64,000 nucleotides of DNA from Octopus vulgaris. Its lineage: Eukaryota. The translations under genes were made by a program, and so were the position numbers. Of this stretch, positions 53,619 to 64,000 are shown one piece after another (within the stretch, counting starts at the first letter, position 1; each line of letters opens with the position of its first letter). The stretch covers positions 22,940,001-23,004,000 of the forward strand of contig OX597817.1 of assembly GCA_951406725.2 (NCBI GenBank). Direction: 5' to 3'. The notes beneath the pieces are model-generated. The model was given only the letters and a program-made list of their open reading frames with translations. It searched no databases and was not told the DNA's origin.

Positions 53619-53741
53619 GTGTATATATATATGTGTGTATATATATAAATGAATATATATATGTATATATATATATGTGTGTGTGTGTATGTATTTATAT
53701 ATATGCTTGTATATATGTATATATGTATATATATGTACATG

Positions 53742-53840
<99 letters not shown>

Positions 53841-54304
53841 AGACACACATGCGTATACCTGTATATACTGCTTGTAGCTCAAGTTTTCACTGCACGTTGC
53901 CGCTGATGTCATCTCCGAAAGAAATTGACTTTTCCTTATAAATGTCGAATTAAACGTTAAATGAAATCAGTAAAATAAAGACAAAAAACTCACAGATTAC
54001 ATTTCGATTGATCAATATTTTCCAAATATTAGTTCTCCCGTCGTTTGCTAGCTTAATTATAGAGAAGAGAATGGTGGCGAAGAAAAACATTAATCTAGAT
54101 ATATCTAAAGAAAATGTGATTAATTACTGTTATCTAGAGTATTCATTATGTGATCATCAATAGATATTTAATTGCTTTATGAAGTCGTTTAGAGGCAATC
54201 AAAAGCAAAACCTAGACTAGTTTGTTATATTTTATTACTGCAGATTAGATATTAGCGAAAGATTTGTTAGTTATTTCAATACTTATAAGATAGATGCGTA
54301 CGAT

Positions 54305-54363
<59 letters not shown>

Positions 54364-54393
54364 ATATATATGTATGTATGTATGTATGTATGC

Positions 54394-54446
<53 letters not shown>

Positions 54447-55019
54447 CATCCATGCATACATATATACATACATACATATATATATATATATTCCGTATAT
54501 GTACACGTGGAGAAAGTGGTAGAGAGAATTTCGATTCTCAAATAAAGACAATTCATTTGTTTTACGCCATTAAAATGATTAATCAATATTTTCCACATAT
54601 TTATTTATTACGCTAGTTAATGAAGTGGATGTGGATAATATCCACTTTATTACCTTTCTATTTGTACGAATATATATATATATATATATATGTGTATGTG
54701 TGGAAAGCGAGGGGGTGAGAATTACGCACATTACATTCTCACACACACATTTATATATGTAAACGTTTTTGTGCGTGTCTGTGTGCGTGTGTGAGTATTC
54801 ATATACGTGGGTGTATGTGTGTTAAATCACACAGGTGTTGATAACATAAGTACTAATTAACTACTGAGCTAAATTAGATCGACCATGTCCTTCATTATAC
54901 TTTCTAACCTTGTGCAGATGATAGGAATATTGATATAATAATAATCGTTTTTTATTAAGACGACGAGGTAGCCCAGTCGTTTGCAGGCCGGACAAAAAAT
55001 TATTACCGGCACCTCGTCT

Positions 55020-55495
55020 GTCTTGTCTTTCTGAGTTAAAATCGTACCGAGCTCGATTTTGCATCTTTCGATGTTGATAAAACAGTAAACAGTTGAGCAC
55101 TAACAACGTGAGTCAAGCTTTCGCCCCTCTTCCTACACATTCTACAGAGGTCCGTTATACTTGTGTCGTATATATTCTTTTCTACTGAGTTGGTATTCAA
55201 TGCCTGGTCCTGGGCTTCTCTCCATTTCATGATGGGTGCACTATAGCATAGTATAGCAACCGCCCATATGTTGATTGCAGTCACAAGGTTCCTTGAGTTG
55301 AGCTTTGATTTCAAGAGAAGTTTAAGGCGATTAAAGTATGCAGTGATGACCTTGTTTTTCCTTTCTTTATGCAAGATATTGTCCAGCTCCGGGATCCGAA
55401 GGTACTTGTATCCATCTCATCCAGGTCTTCCATTCCCTCTCCGTTTGGCAATTCTATGCTCCCAAAGAATTTATACCTTTCTCTCCGCTTCAAGC
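55020..55495 (-). mobile_element. Degenerate R4-like LINE fragment
   Basis: YFNRLKLLLKSKLNSRNLVTAINIWAV and LCRMC..ESLTHVVS motifs, abutting (TAA)n. Confidence 0.65.
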
Positions 55496-55518
55496 CGTTA
55501 TTGTTGTTGTTGTTGTTG

Positions 55519-55588
<70 letters not shown>

Positions 55589-55684
55589 CATCATCATCAT
55601 CATCATCATCATTATCATCATCATTATCATTATCATTATTATTATCATTATTATTATTATTTTTATTATTATTATTATTATTAC

Positions 55685-55743
<59 letters not shown>

Positions 55744-55919
55744 TTTACTTTTAAACTGCAGGTTTGTTATAACCACTTACTGTGATAAACCCGGCGTCAT
55801 AGGGCGAGTGGAGGATAAGAGATGCTGCAGTATGACTGAAAGCATGGGGAGAGTAAGTGGCAGGACTAGTAGCGAAATATCTTCATGTAATGCAACACAA
55901 GCATTTACACTGATCCCGC

Positions 55920-56660
55920 ATATTTGAGGATGTGTGCAGGACATGTCAGCACGATCTTCTGGTTGGTTCCCCTGGGATCTTATTTAGATGTTTCTTACAT
56001 TCCTTTCTTATCATTCCTAGGGCACCCACAATAATAAGAACAGTTTTCGCTTTGAAATGCCGCATGTTTTGTGTTTCAGTATACAGGACCTTATGTTTAC
56101 TTAATTTGTCAAATCCCTTTACATATATATTTTTATCAATAGGGACACTTACATCTATTAGTCTACAAATATTTTCTCCTTAGACCTGTCAAGTCCTTAG
56201 ACTTTCCTTAGACTGTCTAGTCATTTAGCATAGATGTTCTGTCCCTATTGACTAGAAAATTCCAGAGGATAATGGCATTTTTACCTTCAATGAGAGGTTC
56301 AGGATGATGTTCATACCAGTAAGCAGGTGTAATGATTTTTAATATTTACATATGTTCAAATGGAAATACTGTGCAAGCCTATCGTTGTGATTTTTGTATT
56401 CGCTTGGTGTCAGCAGCGGACATTCCGAGACTCGATGGTCTATTGCTTCATAAGATTTATCGCAGAATCTGCTTTAAGGTTCAGAACAATTTTGGAAAAA
56501 GATAGCCTGGTAGATTTTGGTAAGCAACTTTTAGATCTTGTGCCGCCAATATGAAACCTTCAGTCTCTGCTTTCAGTCCTGAGTTTCTCAGCAACTGATG
56601 AAATATTACTTGGCCTACTTCAGCATTTCGGTTCTGTCCATACAGAGGTTTCTGGCTTCA
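55920..56660 (-). mobile_element. Degenerate R4-like LINE 3' fragment
   Basis: Minus-strand LRNSGLKAETEGF, ETIDH..GC, RHD-like and IIVGALGMI motifs. Confidence 0.6.
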
Positions 56661-56970
56661 CCTCTCCTCAATTAATATTGAGTGAGGGAGCAGTGTATGC
56701 CATCAAAGTTACACTGGGGTAAAATATACGAATCCCAGTGTACCCATCATGACAACCGGTCTGATAATACATCGTTTCATTCGGAAAATAGAAATAAATT
56801 TTAATGAGTATTACTTACTCGGATATAGTCCTACAGTTTCTGATTTTTTTAGGCTCCATTTGTTGTCTTTATTCATGATGTTTTGGGATGGATTTCGGAG
56901 CATCTTTTATCGCTCTTACATGTTAAACGTTGCCGGTGTTCTATTATTATTATCATTATTATCATTATTA

Positions 56971-57036
<66 letters not shown>

Positions 57037-57037
<1 letters not shown>

Positions 57038-60000
57038 TTTTTTTTTTCTTCTTTCAAATTTTCTTCCATTTCTTGCCGAGTGTCTTCCCGACTCCTAGGG
57101 CAAAGAAACTCATAGTGTATATTGGTAGGCCATTAAACCAAACTCAGTAGTTCGTTAATTTTTTTTTTTTTTTTTTAAAGTTAAATTAAAATGCATGAGC
57201 AGCAACAGTTCTCACATCGACAATGCTCTTCTCAATACGTGTGATGTACCAGTTAAGACAATCTTTTGCACTTCTTGCAGGGATGGTAAGCCAGGGATCA
57301 TTCTCATATAATTTTCGGTTCCCTTCTTGATCATTCCTAGTGCTCCTACGATCACTGGTATTGTAACCGCCTTGAGATGCCACATTTTCTCAATTTCAAT
57401 GAGTAGGTCTTTATATTTTCTGAGCTTGTCAAACTCTTTTGCTGAGATATTATGATCACAGGGGATGCTCATGTCGATCAATAAGCAAACTTTATTGTTT
57501 TGGTCTTTCACAACAATATCTGGTTTATTGGCCTTGATGGTTCGGTCTGTATGTACTGGAAAGTGCCACAGAATGGTTACATTTTCTCCTTCAGTTACAG
57601 CCTGAGGGTGGTGATTATACCACTTGTCGGCAGTTTTGATATTGTAATGCCGACTTATTAGCCAGTGGAGATATTGGCCAACTCTGTCATGTCTTAATTT
57701 ATACTCCACTGGTGCTAAGACTTTACATCCAGAGATTAGGTGGTCCACTGTTTCAATCATGTCGTTGCAGAATCGGCATTTTGGGTCTGCTCCATTTTTC
57801 ATCACATTGGCCTGGTAGTTCCGGGTTGATAGGCTTCGGTCTTGAGCAGCCAGGATGAAACCTTCGCTCTCTGCTTTTAGCCCTGAGCTCCGCAGCCACT
57901 GATGGGTTTGCTTCTGGTCAACATCAGCTTGTTTGCTGCGGGTCACATATTTGCCGTGCAGAGGTTTCTCCTCCCACCTATCAGCCAATTGCTCGTGCGC
58001 TTTTTTCATTGCCATCATTTTCACCTTCTTTGCAACAATAGTTGCCGTACTTCCCTCGGGTTGTTCAGTTTGGGTATCCTGCACGAGATCAATAGCAAAT
58101 TTTTTGCTTTCCTTGATGATAGAATGAAGCTTCTTTCGTCTCTCGTGATTTTCCACGAGCTTTAGCATCCAGTCATTCGATATTTCGAGATATTTGGCCA
58201 GTCCAATTGTGGTTGTTTTGTAAGCTAGTTCAAATTGGATCAGGCCTCGACCTCCTTGGGCTCTGGGAAGGTAAAGGCGATCTACGTCTGCCTTTGGGTG
58301 GTGCATCCTATTACAACTCAGCAGCTTGCGTATTTTCCTATCTATATTCTTTACTTCACTCATATTCCAGTTCAACACATTGTAGCTATAAGTAACAACT
58401 GGAACTGCTAGGGAATTTATAGCTAACACCTTGTTACGTGCATTTAGTTCAGATTTCAGGACTGCACGAACTCTCCTATAACATTCCTTCCTGATTTTCT
58501 CTTTCATGCTTGCATGCTGAATACCAGAGCCTTCATTTATCCCTAAATATTTGTATGTTTGTTCTTGCTCAAGCTCTCTTATGACTGTGTCAACATCTAA
58601 CACGACTGAATTTGTGGTCTTCACTTTCCCTTTCTGGAAAGTGGCCTTGGCACACTTCTCAAGTCCAAACTCCATCCCGATGTCATCGCTGAATGATTTC
58701 ACGGTGCGCAATAGGCCTTCAAGTTCATTATTGTCTTTACCATAAAGTTTTAAGTCATCCATATAAAATAGATGGCTTATTTTTTTATTGGCAATTTTAT
58801 ACCCATACCTTGTTCTGTTTAATTCACTTGTAAGGGGTATTAGGGCTATGCAGAATATTAAAGGTGAAAGTGAGTCACCTTGAAAAATTCCACAGTTGAT
58901 GTTTATATTTTCTGAGGCAAGTACTCCATTAGAGTGGTATAATTGGAGATTCGTATTCCACAACGACATATTGTGCTTCAGGAAGTTTGAAATCACCGGG
59001 TGAAATTTTGAAGATGTCCAGCGATCTCAAGATCCATGGATGCGGTATACTGTCGAAGGCCTTTTTATAGTCAATCCATGCGGTGCTGAGATTTCTGCAC
59101 TTGTTGTGACAGTTCTCAAGGATCATACGATTGATTAGCAGTTGATCTTTGCATCCGTAAGAGCCTCGGCGGCACCCTTTTTGTTCAATGGGGAAAATAT
59201 CGTTCTTCTCCATGAATGCATATGTTTTCTCCGCCAGGATAGATGTTAGGATTTTATACGTGGTGGATAGACAGGTTATAGGCCGATAGTTTTTTGGAAG
59301 GTTGGTTTCGTTATTCTTTGGGAGTAGGTAAGTAATGCCACTTGCTAACCATTCAGGTGTTTTCTTTGGGTCTCTCATAATTCCATTGAGCAGCTGAACT
59401 AGCTTACCGTGTGCGCACGGGAGCGATGCGAGCCAGAAATTCGGCACCCTATCTTTACCGGGGGATTTCCAATTATGGGCCTTCGTGAGTGCCTTTCTTA
59501 GGTCTGCTATTGTGATGTCTTCCCATGCCTGTTGTTGTAAATTTTGGTAGGATCCTTCAGTTTGTATAATCCAGTCTGCATTTATGTTGTACGTCTTCTT
59601 GTCACTCCAAATCCTTTTCCAAAAGTTTTGAACTTCTTCCATGGGAGGGGGGGTCTTTAACGGTTACTTTCTCCTTCCCTATTTCTCTGTAGAATTTTTT
59701 GGCATTGGATGTGAACAGCTTATTTTGCTTGTAAAACTTGTTTCTCTTCTCAAATCTTCGTATTCTTTGGGCTTTTGCTTGGACTTTTTGTTTCAGCGTT
59801 TCTTTTATTGATATCAGTTCTACTCTTGGTGAGGATCCAAATTTTCTCTTCATCTTTCTTCCTGTTCTGGATCTTACATCATTTCCACATATTAGTTCAT
59901 TTAATATTGATATTTCCCCTCTCATAAATTCAATCTCTTTTTCAATTTTACTTCTCCAGGTTTGATTTCTTCCCAGGTTTTGTTTTCTTTGTTTTTTCGG

Positions 60001-61004
60001 GGGCATACAGCTGGTTTCAATTGCCCTAGCAGAAGCGTAAATAATTTCATTTAACTCAGTAAAATCAGGTTTTAATTCTCGTATTATTTCATTTGTTACA
60101 TAGTTGCAAATTTGGATTTGTTTTTTATTTTGGTTTGTATTTGAGAGTTTATGAAGCGGTTCTCTATCATTCATACTTGTATGTCTTACAACTTCAAGCG
60201 TATTCAGGATTTTCTGCCTCATTTCTGCTATAGACTCTCTGTGTTCTTCAGCAAATGCGAGATCTTCAGTTACTGTTGTTTTTTCGTTTTCCTGGCTATC
60301 TTTAACAGGTACAATAGAATTTCTTGTATCTTCAGGCCTTTGCGTACTTTGGTCAGATGGCAGTCTTTCAATTAAGCCTCGTGGCGGGCTATACTGTTCA
60401 TCTGTTTCTTCATTTCCTTTGTGTCTTATATTTATGTCATTTTCCGTTGCGTGCTTGATCGCGCTTATTTCACTGTCTGTGAGTCTGTTATTTCTAAAGA
60501 TATCCCTCCTCACATTTGCTAATTTGTTCTCGTCCAAATAGGGCCTACTGTCTTGATTCCGTGTTCTCCATATACTGTAAGAGTTTGCGGTGTGTCTCTC
60601 TTGAGATGGCCTACCTAATGCATAGTAATAAGCGTATATTACTTCTTTATACTCTTCTCGGGTCCATTTGTTCCGCTTACATTTTTCTTTCTGTGGTGGT
60701 TGTGGTGGTGAACTTGGAGGGCTCGAGTTGGGGGATTTCTCGTTCAAGTGACCATCCATGTCCGTATTCGGAGAAGAGTTTGTGCCAGTTGATGACTTTT
60801 CGATCCCAGGCTGGCTCTTCCCTGGGGGACGCGCTTCCAGATTAACCATAGGACAAGCGATTTGGTATACTGATTTAGTTTTCCTTTTAGTTTCCAAAAA
60901 CATTTTGGTGCTACGATAATGTTATCATTTTTTTAGCTTTGATTGGCTCGTGGGGAGACGGCCATCATTGCCGTTACAATTATAATCGTACCATTATATC
61001 GTAC

Positions 61005-61005
<1 letters not shown>
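57037..61005 (-). mobile_element. Near full-length R4/Dong-like RLE non-LTR retrotransposon (family 1) in (TAA)n
   Basis: Single long ORF with RT, CCHC finger and PD-(D/E)xK endonuclease, short UTRs, and (TAA)n tracts on both sides. Confidence 0.92.
57212..60903 (-). pseudogene. R4/Dong-like polyprotein (RT-CCHC-RLE) with two frameshifts as assembled
   Basis: ORFs 59602-60903, 58929-59642 and 57212-58996. Motifs KSPGKD, NYRPITCL, DYKKAFDS, QGDSLSP, YMDD, CRFC..HLISGC, RHD and KPDIVV..LID..K. Confidence 0.88.
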
Positions 61006-61073
<68 letters not shown>

Positions 61074-61080
61074 CATTTTA

Positions 61081-61150
<70 letters not shown>

Positions 61151-61364
61151 AGGCGATCTGACGGATATTTAGCACGCTAGACAAACTGCTTAAAGGTATT
61201 TCGCCTGTCGGTACTTACTTAGTTCAAATTACACCGAGGTCGACTTTGCATCTCATCCTTTCGGGGTCCATAATTTAAGTACCAATGGAGCACAGGTGTG
61301 GATGTAATTAAGTTGTCCCCTACCTCCATATTTCCGGCCTAGTGCCTAAAGTAGAGCGGATTGG

Positions 61365-61365
<1 letters not shown>
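61151..61365 (+). mobile_element. SINE family B copy, decayed
   Basis: AGTTCAAATT..CCGAGGTCGACTTTG..CATCCTTTCGGGGTC..AAGTACCA. Further partial copies at 62320-62440 and 63905-64000. Confidence 0.65.
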
Positions 61366-61398
<33 letters not shown>

Positions 61399-61462
61399 AT
61401 TATTATTATTGTTATTATCATTATTATTATTATTATTATTATTGTTATAATTATAATTATTA

Positions 61463-61511
<49 letters not shown>

Positions 61512-62789
61512 TGTGGCATACTATCGAATTTTATTTCCTGTACAATGAGGCCCTGTTCTATCTTGAGTAAGAACAATTTTTGTGTTTTTTTTCTGCAATA
61601 CAAGCTTTGCAAATTCTCCATTATCCACCGGATGTAACTGTCATTCTTAATTATATCGAGGATCCAATCTGCTTTTCGAAGGATTGAGTTCACCGGAAGG
61701 GTGTGATCACTTGTTTTGTACAGTCATTGTTTGTGTTTTGCTTTATTGTTCTTATAAAAAAAAATTACCCCTTTTCCTCGTCTCTATCTTTCTTTTTCTT
61801 CGCTTCCTCCGCATTACATCATTGTACTAATATTGATCATAGTGGATGTGGTTTCAACAGAATATCATTGAGGATGTAAGAAGTAATAATACATTAACAT
61901 AATGTATAATAACGAAACTATATAACTGAGGTTTTGAACCTGCGATAATAGAGTTGTGTGGTATGCCAAAGATAAGTAGCGTTCATATATATATTTTATA
62001 AACACAATTTGAGTGTAATGGGGCAACTGTTAATAGGGTTGTCTCAATTCATATGGATGTGCAGTTTCATACCTGAGGCAATTTGGTTTACAAGTTTTCA
62101 TTCAAAATGCTCTTAGTAAAGTGTCTAATTTAATTAAAAAGTTTATATTTAAATTAAAGTTTTAATTTACTTTTTTATATTTTAATCTTGCTACTTTTCA
62201 CTTTGTTACTATTGTTTGTAATCAATTTTGTATAAAAGTCTTTTGTGTGTTTATGTGAAGAATGCTTAAATAATATATTAAAGACCATCATAATTATCAT
62301 TATTATTCATATTATATAAAGCGGCGAGCTAGCAGAATCGTTAGCACGCTGGACGAAATGCTTAGCGATATTTTTCCCACACTAAATTCTCAATTCAAAT
62401 TCCTCAGAGGTCGACTTTATCAGTATTTTCAGAGTCGATTAATGCATACATCGAAAGAAAAGTAGATACATACATACACAGTAAATTCATTGTTAAATTA
62501 AATGTGGGAGAGAGGAAGGAAGAGAGGAAGTGAGAGAGACAGAGTGAATGATGACTGAAAGGAAGGTGGCGTTCGTTTTGTGTTTTTTAAAGTTTATCAG
62601 TATTTTCAGAGTAGGCTCTTAGATACATCGAAAGAACAGTAGAAACATAGATTGAAAAAAAGTAGATACAGAGATACATTACATATTGTTAAATCAAAGA
62701 GAAAAAACTGCAGCGAATATTGGATGTCATGTTCACTTTCCATTACCACATGAGGAGAAAATTAAAGTAAAGTGGCTGAGTACTCCACA

Positions 62790-63325
62790 TATATGCACAC
62801 CATTAACGAAGTTAATTTTTTCTGTAGTGATAGTGTTTTACGTAGGATTTGTGCGATGCCTACTGGTGCTATTTTCTGTATGTTAGTCCCGGAGTTTTTG
62901 TTATGTATTTGTCTGAATAATATTTTATCGTACGTAATTCGCCTATAATGATAGGAATTGTTTCTGCTTTTAGACGCCACATTCGTGTTATCTCTCCTTT
63001 CAGATCTCTGTATTTTGAAAATGTCTCCATTTCTTTTAGACAAACATTATCTCCTGTTGATATTAATACATCGAATGCTTATTTTTCCTTCGTGATCTTT
63101 GACAACTATATCCGGTATATTGGCCTTAATTTCTCTTTCTCTGTGTATTGGTATATCCCAGAGTATTCTGCTTTCTCATTTTCTGTGACCTTTTCTGGTC
63201 TTTTCTGTGCCTATACCATCTTTTTTCTGGTGTAATTCTATAGTATTAGCATAGCTTCCAGCGTATATAGGTCCCAACTCTTTCATATCTGTGAATATAT
63301 TCCTTCTTAACCAGGATTGGATGTG
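62790..63325 (-). mobile_element. Degenerate R4/Dong-like family 2 3' fragment
   Basis: Reverse complement resembles 26100-26650 (EKVTENEKA.ILWDIP..DREIKAN.PDIVV). Confidence 0.75.
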
Positions 63326-64000
63326 CCTGATTGGATTGGGGAAGAACTACATTAAGCTATGAAGAATGTAGCAAAATGAAGTATTTTAGGACAGGATATA
63401 AAAATTCCCCGATTTCTACCGGTCACCTAATCAAACCTCAGATTTGCGACTTGTGTGGTTAGCTAACATACAGTATTGACAAGGAATCTGCTGCTGGAAA
63501 TCAACATGTTGTTCCAGGTGCCCAAAGCTATCAGTCGCCGTATCAACAAAAGAAGTAGACGTTAATCGATGGAGATGCTCTTCAACAATTTCTAGTGAGA
63601 CGCGTGTAGCAGGTTCGATTAAGAGAAATACTAGTTAAATACTAACCCTATAATTAACTGTTCATTTTACTCTAAATTTCTGACTTGGTGCTCATTTTAG
63701 AAACAATAATCAATGACGGCAATAGATTGGTAGAATAATTGTGGAATTTGCCCTGGATAGTTACGCCCTCAGATCTAATCCTATAGAGGACAACTTCGCT
63801 TTTATTGTTTAGAAACCGACAAAATAAAATACATACTGTGGTGAATGTAGTCGATTTCCTCCACATTTGTGGTCATATTTGAATGTTAGAAACAATTATT
63901 TTGGGAGCTGTATTGGCGGAATTGTTAGAGTGTCGGACAAAATGTTACAACATTTTTACGAGTCGTTATCTGCTGAGTTTAAATTCTGCCAAAGTTGAAT

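Noticed and set aside
60905-61005. HDV-like ribozyme in the 5' UTR of the R4/Dong element
   Set aside because: Only a simple hairpin (ACGGC..GCCGT) is visible, and I could not build the nested double pseudoknot.

Overview
AT-rich, microsatellite-saturated animal genomic DNA. The (TA)n/(TAA)n/(CA)n density and tRNA-derived SINE set suggest an octopus-like cephalopod (inference). No host gene can be called confidently, and most ORFs in the track are microsatellite artefacts. The centrepiece is a young ~8.35 kb Penelope-like retroelement (12828-21181; RT + C-terminal GIY-YIG) inserted in a (TA)n tract, arranged as an inverted 5'-truncated copy plus a forward copy with pseudo-LTRs. Each of its three pLTRs carries a predicted minimal type I hammerhead ribozyme with a swapped G3-C8 core (GUGAACA). 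This motif sits just downstream of a branchpoint/3' splice-site signal and 56 nt upstream of the ORF start. The inversion junction also creates an intact chimeric 646-aa RT-EN ORF. Several unrelated short hammerhead-bearing elements occur elsewhere, including a near-perfect palindrome with two hammerheads at 9361-9522 and a canonical one at 42790-42835. Also present are R4/Dong-like RLE LINEs stacked in (TAA)n tracts (one near full length at 57037-61005), a complete decayed mariner, Tc1 remnants and many SINEs. All coordinates and folds were read by eye; none were computed or database-checked.
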